A stretch of DNA of 64,000 nt from Curvularia clavata (GCA_023920165.1 CP089274.1:2108001-2172000), one strand, 5' to 3'. Positions 24,587 through 37,073 are shown, counted from the stretch's first letter. Made by a program: numbers and translations. Notes: generated from the letters alone by a model not told the origin.

Positions 24587-25257
24587 TGATGGCATGAGTA
24601 AGTAATTGTAATATCCGGCAACTGTGCAGGGCTCGAGGCAACATACTGCCTGGATGATGACCATCTCACGAGATTTATGATACAGACACGATGGATTCGC
24701 GTCACGAGGAGTTTGGGAGCCTGTTTTACGTTTGGCATTTTCTTTTACTGGGTCTAATCGGTTGTTTAGCATTTCGGGCTTTATTGCAAACATATTTTAC
24801 AGTGTTTTCTCGCATTCAAAATCTCGGTGTGGTCTCCAAAATGGCGCGGAGTTAATTGCAGTTCAATGCGCCTAACTCCATCTCTGATGCACGGGATCCG
24901 GACGCGCACGTGAAAGCGCGTACCCGGGTTATCAACAGTGAGCGCCTTTCCGTCTATCCAGCAAGTCGCCAAGTTGCGAACCCACTTTAGACGAGCTATG
25001 AATGGCCTTCACTTTTCATCATCTAAGAAATGCCTGAGTGTCGCTGAAGCATGAGCTGCTCTGGGGATGCACTATCGCTGCTGACGCGGGCCGATCCCTG
25101 CGCAAGCATCATCACTCTTCTCCTCGATAACCCAGCCTTCTCTTATAACAACAATGACCTGAAGAATTACTCCAAGCCTGCTGTGCTATTAGCTCTTTGG
25201 GAAATATTGCAAGCTGATTGATCGTCTCTGTATCTTGCCAAACACGAGATCAACACG

Positions 25258-26868
25258 ATGCGGCTTTTGCGTGTTGCTCCGCTGCTGCCGGTTGTGGGCG
25301 CTCTCACTACCGGCGATGCGTCTTTGCCCGCAAAGCAGGTTGCCATCATTGGTATATCATATACTTGAACAGCAGTTGTGCAAGGCTGACATCAAAAAGG
25401 TGCGGGAGCAGCGGGCTCATCAGCGGCATACCATCTCGCCCAGTATGCGGCCGAAGCAAACATACCCATAAACATTACCGTCTTCGAGCGCAACGGTTAT
25501 ATTGGTGGTCGCACTACAACCGTCCACCCCTGGAATGACAAGGCTGTCTCTATCGAGCTCGGCGGTTCTATTTTTGTACAAATAAACCATATAATGGTGA
25601 AGGCCATGAATGACTTCAACCTCTCGATTAATAGCGAGGACGTTGCAGCGCAACTCGAGCTACCAGATCTTGGTGTCTGGAATGGTCGAGAATTCGTCGT
25701 AGTGACAAACACAGGAGACAGTTGGTGGGAAGGAGCAAAATTGCTATGGAGATATGGTGCAGCACCTCTATGGACTAACAGGCTGATGAAGAGCGCTGTT
25801 GGAAAATTCTTGACAATGTACGACGAGCCGGTATTCCCGTGGAAGAGCCTGACTGCTGCTGTTGAGAGCGTAGGCTTACTGAGTACCACGGGTGTGACTG
25901 GCGAACAGTACCTCAAGGCGAATAAGATTGGGGAGGCCTTCTCCAAGGAGATTATCCAAGCCAGCACTCGCGTTAACTACGCCTCTAACCTCCCATACAT
26001 CCATGGCTTAGAGACAATGGTGTGTATGGCTACTAATGGAGCCATGCAAATTGAAGGTGGCAATTGGCAGATATTCGCTCACATGCTGAAAGCTGCCCAT
26101 GCGAACATCCAATTCAACACGTCTGTTAGTCACATCTCGAAGCAGACTGACGGCAGCTACACAGTCACCACAAGCAAAGGAGATACATCATCGTTTGACG
26201 AAGTTGTTCTTGCGTCGCCTCTGCAGTATTCGGATCTCGTTATTGATCCCACGCCAAAGCACACTCCTGACGAGATTCCATACACAAAGCTACATACAAC
26301 ACTGTTCGCTTCGCCGTTCCAACTGAGCCAAGCGGCGTTCAATCTTGACGCCAAATCCCCTGTGCCAAGGGCCATTCTCACTACTCTACCTCCATCCGAA
26401 CAACCCGTAGATGGTGTGGGCTCTCCCAATTTCTACAGTATATCCATCTCGGGTACCGCCATCAACCAACAAGCATCGCCAATGCGAAAGGAATACATCT
26501 ACAAAATATTTTCTCCCTCTCGTGTCAATGCTACCTTCTTATCTCACATTCTCAGCCGAGACGTTTCAGAAGAGGAAGCTGAGCATGGTGAAGCCAATGG
26601 AGCTGTGAGCTGGATCCACCATAAACTTTGGCATTCGTATCCTCGAGAGTACCCACGTGTTACTTTTGAAGAAATCGAGCTTGACGATGGACTCTGGTAT
26701 ACCAGTGGCATTGAGAGCTTCATCAGTACCATGGAAACTAGTGCTTTGAGTGGCAAGAATGTGGCTAAGCTGATCGCGAATGAGTGGGCGGCTGGGGATT
26801 CAGGAAAAGGTGGTTCCGGTGCTGCCAAAGATGAGAGTGGCAATGAGGTTTACCAGGGTGAGCTGTAG
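25258..26868 (+). CDS. Prenylcysteine oxidase / farnesylcysteine lyase (FAD-dependent, signal peptide); exons 25258-25351, 25400-26868
   Basis: MRLLRVAPLLPVVGAL...VAIIG|AGAAGSSAAY (GxGxxG), VFERNGYIGGR, IELGGSIF, C-terminal YTSGIESFISTMETSALSGKNVA. Confidence 0.92.
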
Positions 26869-27097
26869 GAAGTGCCACCAGTGTAGATATGGCAGTCTTC
26901 GCAGTGGAAGCTCTGGAAGCTGATGTGTAAGACCTTTGGTTGTGTAAAGAGCCATCAAGCATCACTTGCCCAAACACCATTGAGAACGAGAAAGAGAACG
27001 AGTTATGACTACCTTCCATTGCCGTAGAGAAATCGTTATTTTCGCAAATTATGATTCTAAAAGAACAAACGCCTGCGTGTGATTCATATACATTTAT

Positions 27098-28771
27098 TTA
27101 CTCGCTTGCCTCCTTCATCCTCAGCTTGACGCCATCAGCCGGACAAGTCGTCAGACTCAAATTGTGACGAATATATCCTGTTCCACTCTTCTCATCCCAC
27201 GTATTGCCCGCACTCTCAATCTTCTCAAACTTCTGCGTCAGCCTCACAATCGTATATCCAGCCTCCGTGAGCGCGAATTGCTGTCCAATGCAGATTCTCG
27301 GGCCGCCGTTGAAAGGCAGATACTCCCATCCAGACTTGCGTCCGTCCCAACGCTCTGGCCGGAACTCCTCTGCGTCGGCGCCCCAGAAGTCCTTACGGCG
27401 GTGCATCACATACACGCTGTAGTCGACAGCAGTGTCCTTTTTCACGTAGATGGGAGCGGTGCCATCGGGGCCGCCACCTGTGGGAAGCGTGGTATCGCGC
27501 AGGGCGCGGCGGCCGTCGACGGGGACAACAGGGTAGAGACGAAGAGCTTCGTTCAGGACCCATTGGAGATAGTTGCAGGACTTTAGGGCTTCGAAGGTGA
27601 GGTTCTTAGGGTGCGAATAGGTTCCAAAGGTTTCGATGACTACGCTGCGGAGTTTGCGGTACACGTCTGGGTGCTGGGCAAAGGACATGAAGACGTAGGA
27701 GAGAAGCGAGGCGGTGGTGTCGCGGCCAGCAAGGAGGATGGAAATCAGGTGCGATCGAAGCTCGATGGGGTCCCGGGTCGATTCGACGAGTGCATCTAGG
27801 AAGACGTACTTTTCCTTGCCGCTGGACGTCTTTTCCGTCGTGTTTTTTTGCTTGGATAGTGCGAGCTGGACGTAGTGATCGATAAATGCGTGACAACTTG
27901 TGATGTAGCGTTTGCTCTCTTTGTTGTAAATGAGCCAAGAAGCATCTCCGAATCGTGCAGCTGTGGCAATCACGCCCTGAGCCTTGTCGAAGGCAAAGGC
28001 GAACTCTTGTTCATTTACAGCAACCGGAGCTCGGTTAGACTTGTAGTTGGGTAGGACAGAGAGCTGCGAGTCTACGCTTTCACCGAACAGGAACTCGGTG
28101 GCCGAGTCGATGGTCAGGCGGAAGAAAAGAGGTTCAACATCGACGACGTCGGTCCAGCCGTCAGAGTTCTTCGGAATCACTTGAATCATGTGCTGGACGT
28201 GTTGCTCTTCAAGCTCCAAATCGCTGACTTGGTCCCGGGCGAATTGGGGTCGGAGCAGGGATCTTGCATTGGCCCACTGCTCGCCATCCGTAGAGAACTA
28301 TCTGCAGTCAGTGCCTGGGAAATGTATCACACACATCAAAAATATGCCTCTTACGATTCCATGACCCAGTAGCGGAGAGAAATTCCTATTCCGGACCTTT
28401 CCGAGCCCAAAGTCCTTGAATTGTGTTGCTAGAATGGCCTGGATGTTTTTTGGTTCAATGGTAAAGATTCCTTCGACACCCATGACATTTTGACGGAAGG
28501 TAGTAATGTTTCGACCTGCTTTGGCGCAAGCTCGTTCGTGGCGCTCTTTTAAATACTGTGGTATGCGATATTCCTTATCTGCACCAAGCAAAAGTGAGAT
28601 GTTGTGTAGTCCGAGAGGGTCAAATGGCACCGTCTCCAGAGGGTGTGCAGGAAGACAACCCAATTGGCGGGCAGCAGCAGCATGTCGGCGGGAAGAGATG
28701 ATTGAAGATGCAATTTTATAAAGAACAAAAGAGATACCTGCCCAGAGGGCAAGTAGGATTGAGTTATGCAT
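27098..28771 (-). CDS. Cytochrome P450, CYP52-like (alkane/fatty-acid hydroxylase clan); exons 28771-28355, 28297-27098
   Basis: FTIEPKNIQAILATQFKDF, GI|FSTDG, LLAGRDTTA, EALR (ExxR), FRPERW, heme motif FNGGPRICIGQQFAL. Confidence 0.94.
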
Positions 28772-28998
28772 TCTGTGGCGATTGTGGGATTGCTAAGAGG
28801 TAGCGTCACCAGTACTTATGCTTTTTGGGAGAAACAGGCTACTTGGCTAGGCGTTGGAGTTTGTCCCGCGTGCTCCACTTCACCCGTCCCTGGTTTACAG
28901 GGATCGTATTCCATTTTAGCGGATGCGGCAGCTGCCAGGGAAGACTCCTTAAAAGCGATTTGGCCCATGCGACAGCCAGCACGTTCAGATCTCCATGT

Positions 28999-29165
28999 CC
29001 TCGGCGTTATTTTCAACGCGTGTTTCTCCGATATCCGACTCTCTTTCCTTGCGTCGCTCAGCCATGCTTTAAAAGTGCGATTTTCTTGAGGGGTTTGCTC
29101 ATTTTACTGGACACCTAGAATATTGTAGTACAACCAGAAACGGACCAACGACTAGATAACCTCGG
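28999..29165. promoter_or_regulatory. Two CCTCGG (CCGAGG) elements upstream of the CYP52-like gene; candidate FarA/Ctf1 sites
   Basis: CCTCGG at 28999-29004 and 29160-29165, 228 and 389 nt upstream of the P450 ATG. This motif is the known FarA/FarB core in Aspergillus fatty-acid genes. Confidence 0.45.
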
Positions 29166-30720
29166 TCTGGTGGTGGACGCCTTGAACGTATGCCTGTACA
29201 CGGACCAACTCGGCTCCCAACTGTTGGTAATGCGCATCCGACGTGCTACTATCCGAGAGACTGTGAATGGGACGTTGTTAGGATGTGCGGACATTTGTGT
29301 TGCCAAGGAATCCGAAAGTCCATGTCGGCAATCTTGGTGGCTCCGACACACCCTTTGGCAGTATGTATGGGTGCGGGGCTATGTCCAATGACCACGAAGC
29401 GTACTAAAGATTCCCGTTACCTACACGGTATTCGTCACCTCATATATATCCTATACTTGCCTGGCCAGTAGTAAGCTCAACGGTACTCGGTGCCAATTTC
29501 CTCTCCGTGTGGGATATGATGTTCAGTAATCAGTTCTAGAAGGAATTCCATTGACGATGACTTGATCGAGGTTCACGGGTAACTGATACCAGGGTGTGGT
29601 TTTGTTACTAGGAGAGTTCTGAAGCCATGAAAGGCACCTTGCTCATCATTACAAGACCTGGGCTATATGCTGATTGCAGGTTCTTAACAGCTCCTTGTTT
29701 CATGATTAGTGGGAGGTAATGCTAATTGGTCTTAGCCTAGTCTGCGCAGGGTTAGGTAGAGTACAGAGTACGAGCTGCATCGGTTACAAACCCCTTCGAC
29801 AACACTGAATCAAGCTTCACGATACTCATAACAGAAGCATTCATTTGGTGAAATAACAAGGAACTAGCGATGTGACCGCTAAGTCATGGCGTAGGTAGCT
29901 GGGGTCGGCTCTGGAGCGAGTTTTAGGAACACCAGGCATCTTTTAGCGCTATGCTTACTGATGACCCAAAAATAGCCTATGATGGAGGATAACAAAATTA
30001 ATAACACTCTTTGTGGAAGTCATGGGGCAGTGCCACCAAATACCGCAATTGTCACTCTTCGGATGGCCAGGCCTCCGATCACGACTAACAGACGCTGGTG
30101 GTCATTGCTATCATCCCCATCAGCATCGACAATAGCATAAGTGTGCTGCAAGAACAATTTTTCTACGTATGTAACATCGCAGAGATTGATAAGCATACCT
30201 TCCTCTAGTACCTAGGCTCAGCCACAGTGTGCCCAAAATCTGGCGTCATCCATTCCAGCCGCATCAGCAAGATCCACTAGCTCAACCTTTGATTCTGTGC
30301 TCCTCGACGACGACGACTACCGAAATGACTTGTTTCCAAACAGAGAAATTCCTAGCTAAGACTCAGGTCCCTCAGCCTTGCCTTGGAGCTCTATGGTGAC
30401 TTAATTCTCAGCAGCAAGGTCAAAGATGAGGCTGTGAGGCTGAGTCCAGTACCTAGTCCTTGTGACACTACAACAGTAAAGTGGCACGTAGCTAACTTCA
30501 AGCCGGCAACAGCAACATCCGGAGGCTGCGCTCAGGACATGAATAGCATATTGATTTGTGATACTGGAAAATAAATAAGTATATATGATTGCAGGAGTGT
30601 CGTGGGAGTATAGTATCAAACATTCACACTTCCATCTTCTCGTATATTGCAAATTCCACTCTCAACGCTCCTCCATATATCTGTAGCCCTAAGAACTTTC
30701 GATCAGATATATAATTCATC

Positions 30721-31272
30721 ATGCTCGCTTTCCCATCCACCGTGGCCCTTGCTGCCTCTTTGCTCGCCAGCCTCAGCAATGCCTTCGCCATACCCTCCAC
30801 TGTCACCCCAACTGGTGTGATACATCGCATCACCGCTGGCTCGACCGTCGCGAATAATGGCCTCCATTTTGAGCCTGAAAACGTCGTCGCCCAGCCTGGC
30901 GATATTATTGAATTCCACTTCCTCCCCAAGGCCCACTCAGTTGTGCAATCCTCCTTCGCTGAGCCCTGTGCGCCTCTCAGCACCCCCGATGCCTTCTTCT
31001 CGGGCTTCAACTTCAACACTACCACGGGCGAAGCACCCAATGTATTCACTTTCATGGTCAAGGACACCAAGCCAATTTGGTACTACTGCGCGCAGACCAA
31101 AGGAGACCATTGTCAGAATGGCATGAGCGGAGTGATCAACCAGGATTTCAATGATCCGCAGAAGACTCTGGCGAAGTACAAGGAGATGGCGAAGGGAACA
31201 GTAACGAAGCAGCCTAGTGACGATCCATACAAGAGCCAGGGTGGCGCGATCAAACCCAACGTGCCTTTGTAA
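30721..31272 (+). CDS. Secreted cupredoxin-fold (type-1 copper-like) protein, 183 aa
   Basis: Signal peptide, FEPENVVAQPGDIIEFHF, HSVVQSSF, IWYYCAQTKGDHCQNGMSGVIN (His...Cys-His-Met ligand pattern). Confidence 0.88.
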   Translation: MLAFPSTVALAASLLASLSNAFAIPSTVTPTGVIHRITAGSTVANNGLHFEPENVVAQPGDIIEFHFLPKAHSVVQSSFAEPCAPLSTPDAFFSGFNFNTTTGEAPNVFTFMVKDTKPIWYYCAQTKGDHCQNGMSGVINQDFNDPQKTLAKYKEMAKGTVTKQPSDDPYKSQGGAIKPNVPL

Positions 31273-31729
31273 ATGGTGGAGCGGGACAATGAGTTTAGCA
31301 AATGGTGTAAGTGATGGTTATAGGCGATTATATTGATCTGGCATAGAGCCGGCGTTAGGGTTCATTTGTTGTTTGGTACTGTTGCATATTAGAATAGATT
31401 CATATTGTTGTTCAATACTTCGTTTTCTTGAACCCCTCTTTCCATCAACGCTGTAACCCAAGGAAGTTTTTTCACTCGCGGTCAGTTTAGAAGATTAGTC
31501 TCCTGCAAGTGAAATCTAATGCTGTAGACTTTGGCTGGTAAATCAAGTTCTCGTTAAACGGAGCCATACCGAAAACATGTAATAAGGGCCGAGTTGGGAT
31601 TGGCTTGACGGCGATTGGTGACGCCGGGCTAGCGATAGCGGGTGGGCAAGGATCCGCCGGCGGGACCGTTGTCCAAACTTTTGAAGCCCTCTTCCATCCG
31701 TCTTTATACACCACACCACATAGCCCAAG

Positions 31730-34700
31730 ATGCGGAGAGCGCGTGGACTTCGGGTAAGTAGAAATTGACGACGCGTGCAATTGATGAGCTCCTCATTGAC
31801 ACTCTAGCAGGTTTCGTCAACCCGTGATATTTGCATCTTCTGCGCCACTCGCCAATTGGCCATCTCCACACCCTCGCATGCTGTTCAACGAAGAGAACTC
31901 AACTCGTCAAGCCGAACAACGCAGTCAGCAGAAGGCATCATATACAAAGATGCCAACGAACGTGAGCGGCCCATGTCGCAAGCAGAGCGGATGCGGCAGG
32001 CGTTGGCGGCCAGCGCTGCTTTTGCCCCTCAACCACAGCATGGAGGATACATGTCTCCAGCAGAAAGGATGAGGGCCTCACTGGGAACACAGAGGCCCCA
32101 GCAATCTCACGCACAAGTTCCGCGGCAAAATCCACTCGAGCGGCGGCCGGCGAACAGAGGACATGCGGTGGAAGGGCATGGTCGCAATCAGAGCAGAGAC
32201 CGTTTTGCTCCTGCAGCTCGACGAGTGGGTGGCAACGATCGAAACGAGTACAGGAATACACAGCAAAGCAGGTATACAGTTAACATGGATTCGAGACCAC
32301 AAGTCAATACACCCGCTTTTGGTCCTGGTCACTTGAGACGACGCCACGAACAACAATATGATGACACCGTACTCGCGTCAGAGAATTCAAGAATGCCACA
32401 CACCTCAAGAGCTCCACGGAGAAAGATGCTGGATCAAGACGAGATCTCTAAACTGTTGGGCGACGCATCGACTGCCCGCCCATCGAAACCATATCAACCG
32501 TTAGCAAGGAACGTGAACGCGCAACGAAACTGCTGGCATTGTGGCTCCAAGGAACACGTGAGCAACGCATGCCCTGTCAAGCCGAAATTACGTGAGAAGC
32601 CGCAGCAGCAGCAGCAGCAGCAACAACGAACCGAACAAGGAACTACAATGTACCGACCGCCGCAGCGCTACAAGGAGTCAATCCCGGATGCCGCAGAGGC
32701 CTGGGTGCAGAGATCAAAGGGCAATCTAGAAATCGAACCTCCATCTTTGCCACAGATGGAGAAAGATACCAGACGGCGCTACGAAACAGAGAGCGAAAGA
32801 AGACGCAGTCGCTTCGCATTCGACGAACTCGAGGAAAAGAACCGATTCGAGGAGCCTGCACGGCGCCAGGGCGGAAACAAAGGCAGAAAAGGGCGGATAC
32901 AGCGATTCGAAGATGAAGAAGATGAGGAAGACCGTCCATCGATGAGCAAGGCAGAACGCAAGCGGTTGCGGGCTGAAGCAAAGAAGGCTGCACAAGCTGC
33001 CAAGAACGAGCCAACCCCTATATCTCTGCCAGAGTACATTAGTGTGGCCAACTTAGCAGGAGCCTTGAAGCTGCGAGTAGAAGACTTCGTGCAGAAACTA
33101 GAAGAGCTGGGCTTTGAGGACGTGCAGAACGACCATATTCTCAACGCCGAACATGCCGGACTTATCGCCCAAGAATACAACTTCGAACCCATCTTCCAGT
33201 CGGAAGAGGACGACGGCGACTTGTATCCCGCACCACCTTTGGATCACGAGGCCTATGCTCAGCTGCCTGCCCGACCACCAGTCGTCACTATTATGGGACA
33301 CGTTGACCACGGAAAGACTACAATTCTCGATTACATGCGCTCCACCAGTGTTGCTGCCACCGAGTTCGGCGGTATCACGCAGCACATTGGTGCTTTCAGT
33401 GTGCCATTAGCAAACGGGAAAAGGATTACCTTCCTTGACACTCCTGGCCACTCTGCTTTCGAAACAATGCGAGCTCGTGGTGCCAACGTCACGGACATTG
33501 TTGTCTTAGTAGTTGCTGCTGACGACTCTGTTATGCCACAGACTGTCGAGGCTATCAAGCATGCCCAGGCTGCCAAAGTGCCTATGATTGTCGCTATCAA
33601 TAAGATTGACAAGGCACAGGCAGACCCAGAAGCTGTTAAGCTAGATCTCGGTCGCCATGGCATTGAGGTTGAAGACTTTGGTGGTGACGTACAGGCCGTT
33701 TGCGTGAGTGGCAAGACTGGTCAAGGTATCCCGGATCTTGAGGAAGCTATCTCAACTCTTTCTGAGATGTTGGACCACCGTGCTGATCCTCAGGTTGCCG
33801 TCGAAGGATGGGTTTTGGAAGGGTCGACAAAGAAGTCGGGGCGTGTAGCAACAGTCCTCGTCCGCAGCGGTACTCTTCGCCAAGGCACAGCTCTTGTTGC
33901 TGGCACTACGTGGACGCGTGTGCGCACTCTGCGCAATGAAGCTGGTGTAACAGTTGCTGAGGCTGGACCCGGTATGGCTGTCGAAGTTGATGGCTGGCGC
34001 GACCAACCTATTGCCGGCGACGAAGTGCTCCAAGCCGAAGACGAGCAGCACGCAACTGCTGTCACTGAGTTGCGCAATGAAAAGGTCGAGAGGGAGCAGA
34101 TGGCACGTGATATGGAAGCCATCAATGAATTCCGCCGTTCGGAGGCCTCTGCAAAGGCTCTCGAAGATGGTGAGGAACCTGCGACATCTGGAAAGAACGA
34201 AACAGGTCCAGAAGTTGTGAGTTTCATTATCAAGGGTGACGTTTCCGGCTCAGTAGAAGCGGTCATCGACTCTGTCGCTGGTATTGGCAACGCGGAAGTC
34301 TCCACACGCATCCTTCGTCATGGCGTCGGCGCGCCTTCGGAATTTGACGTTTCGCACGCAGCAGATGCAAACGGTCACATTGTCAACTTTAACACAACGG
34401 TGCCTGGACACGTGGCCAAGCTCGCAGAAGAGAAAGGCGTCAAGATTCTAGACAGCAACATTATCTACCGCGTTGTTGAAAACGTCAAGGAGCTCTTATC
34501 TGAAAAGCTCGCACCAAGAGTTATACAAAAGGTCACTGGTGAGGTAGACATTGCGGCCATTTTTGAGATTGGCCTGGGTGGCAGGAAGAAAATGAAGGTT
34601 GCAGGATCAAAGGTGCGCAATGGTGTTGTTGATAGGGGCACAAAGGCAAAGGTGCTCCGTGGTGAGACGCTTGTGCACGATGGTAAGTTTTTGGGTCCCT

Positions 34701-34887
34701 GCTTTCACAAAGATATGATGCTGATCAATTTGTAGGCATTATTAGTTCTATCAAAAACCAGAAGAAGGACGTCGAGCAGATGCGCAAGGATACGGAGTGT
34801 GGTATCTCGTTTGAGAACTGGGATGACTTCAAGATCGGCGATAAAATTCAGTGCTACGAGGAGAAATTCGAGAAGAGGAGCTTGTAA
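31730..34887 (+). CDS. IFM1: Mitochondrial translation initiation factor IF-2; exons 31730-31753, 31811(or 31808)-34682, 34736-34887
   Basis: [53 protein letters not shown]-terminal KDTECGISF. Arg-rich presequence MRRARGLR. Confidence 0.95.
32603..32626 (+). repeat. (CAG)6(CAA)2 polyglutamine tract in IF-2
   Basis: Read directly: cagcagcagcagcagcagcaacaa. Confidence 0.85.
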
Positions 34888-35893
34888 GATATGGTTGTAT
34901 TATATAAACATCAAGGCAACGCCACAATCATCTAGAATAGGTTTTTTCGATGTGTAAATATACCGGAATCTTTCCTGCTGCAAGAAAAACTATAGTGCGC
35001 TATGTGGTGCGACAACATTTGACCTGGTTGACAACCGCCACAGTGTTGTCGACGACACTGAGATGATCACCCATTTCATGTGACTTAGTTTTCGGTGTAG
35101 TCCGCCCACGTGACATCCTTTCAGGATGTGCAGCAGAAGTTACTCTTCTAAATCGTTGTAGTGCATGAATTTGTGGGAAATACTGATCATTATAAGTTGG
35201 TGTAAGCACTTGTGTTTGCAAAACGGTTGGTGTGCCATCATGTGCTGTCCCGTCCCGTACCCTCCTGTTCGGACTCAGTCATCGGTCAAAATTGTTCCGT
35301 AGAGTGCCGGTGGCGGGAAGCTTTCATTCTCAATGAAATGGCAACAAAAATGCATGCAAAGTTATATAAACCAAATGTCTTTGCTGGTTCATCAATCCGA
35401 CGTTGTATTAATATGCGACTAGACAATACCTAGATCGTCGCTATGTGGGGTAGTTATAACGGTTTTTGTCCTTGTTAAGAGGTCATTTAGGACTTGTCTA
35501 CGGCGAGAGCAGGTAAGATTCATAGTAGAGGTATTATCTGATGTCTGAAGCCCAGATGAGCTAAGCCTGCTGCGCTCTAGTTGACAAACCTTCAGAAATT
35601 GGGTTGTACAACTTCATAAACGAAACTATCCCTTGAAAAATCAGATTTCTGACACACAGTTGCTCTCATACAACATCCTGTGATACAAAGTGAAACTAAA
35701 ACGGCTTACTTCTTCGGCAACATAGGGCCGATTGTTTGCATAGTATCACAGACTCGAAGATAAATTCAATGTTAATCGTGCATCTCCAATCTATCTTTCT
35801 TGTCCTCAGTCTTCCCATCATATATCTTCAACCATTCCAAGATCATTAGGAAACGCTTCTTCTTAGTTCCTTCTCACCCGATTATACACGGCA

Positions 35894-36300
35894 ATGAAGT
35901 CCTTCCTCATCATCGCAACAACGCTTGCTGCCGTTGCATATGCTCACCCGAGTAAAAGCAAACAGCTATTTCGCAGGGCAAATTGCGAAAAAGCCTGTGT
36001 GCCAGCCAGTTCTCAATGCCCTTCGAGTTTCCCGGTCCGTTGTTACCTTTACCTTTTGCTCTCCGACCTATTTTATACTCGCTTTACTGTACATTTAGGC
36101 TGACGCGGTCACAGATTACATTAGGCGAAATTGTAAGTGTGACACTCTATACTGTAAGAATGCATAGCTTGGCGAGACGCCGATGATATGCAGAGGGAAT
36201 AGTAGGATACATGTACACGAAAAGAGAGAGTCGAGATAGAATACGGTCTACAAATTAGCTAACGTACATGTAGAACGGTTGTTTAACGTGCTGCAAGTAA
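35894..36300 (+). CDS. Small secreted 6-cysteine peptide precursor, 61 aa; exons 35894-36034, 36115-36132, 36274-36300
   Basis: Spliced MKSFLIIATTLAAVAYA-HPSKSKQLFRR-ANCEKACVPASSQCPSSFP|ITLGEI|NGCLTCCK*. Introns GTCCGT...GCTGAC...CAG and GTAAGT...GCTAAC...TAG are both phase 0. Splicing restores an even Cys count. Confidence 0.78.
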
Positions 36301-36812
36301 GCTGTAGATTTCATTCTACGCGTACGCCATGATAGAGCGTCAGCGCTAAGGTTGCTCTATCAGCTACAATGCTGCGCGCTCCCCTACGTGGACTGGACGC
36401 TCAGCATAGATGCAAAGGCTGTCCAATAGGATGAGGAAGTATCTGGAATACTTTATCCATCTTTTTAACCAATCGGCTCTCCAAGTAGTCTGATCAGTCA
36501 ACAATAGAAGTCTTTTTGGTATATTCATCTCGCGCTTTCTGTGCTTTACATCCCAAAATGTTTACAGAGTAACCATCTGGCGAGATTCTAGCTAACATAA
36601 TCTTTAAAATCGTCTCTGTTTGCCAATTATTCACATTACAACACGTAGTCAAAATGGCTTACATGCTATAGAGAGCTCGCTCTGCAATAATCGTGGAGTT
36701 TATTAGAGTACAGATATGCTAACTAAGCAATTAATACACTAGTTTGAGTCAGATCTAGAGCACTAGACTTACTTCTTGCTTGTTGTATTCCAATTGACCT
36801 CCTCTTTTTCAC

Positions 36813-37073
36813 TTACAAACACCTCCAGACGTATGTGCACTCCGTATTGTTAGGCGTACATGATATCCTTTCGTTGTTTTCAGTAGGATATACATATTGC
36901 CGTAGTCCACCACTGCAGCCGGTAGAAGAATCATTGGGGTTCTCATGCCGTAGAGTAATATAGCAAACACCGTTATGATATGTTCCTGAGCCGTACCATA
37001 GAGCTCTGGGTGTAAGAGAACGTGAATTCACACCCACAGCGAACAGGGCAGTAAAGAAGATAATAAAGCTCAT
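36813..37073 (-). CDS. Small secreted cysteine-containing protein (effector-like), 86 aa
   Basis: AAAAATG start context, hydrophobic signal peptide MSFIIFFTALFAVGVNS, short pro-region ending LTPR, 5 Cys. Confidence 0.65.
   Translation of the reverse strand: MSFIIFFTALFAVGVNSRSLTPRALWYGSGTYHNGVCYITLRHENPNDSSTGCSGGLRQYVYPTENNERISCTPNNTECTYVWRCL

Noticed and set aside
25258..31272. Prenylcysteine oxidase, P450 and cupredoxin as a secondary-metabolite cluster or an extension of the melanin cluster
   Set aside because: No backbone enzyme, transporter or pathway regulator among them, and they are separated from BRN1 by core housekeeping genes.
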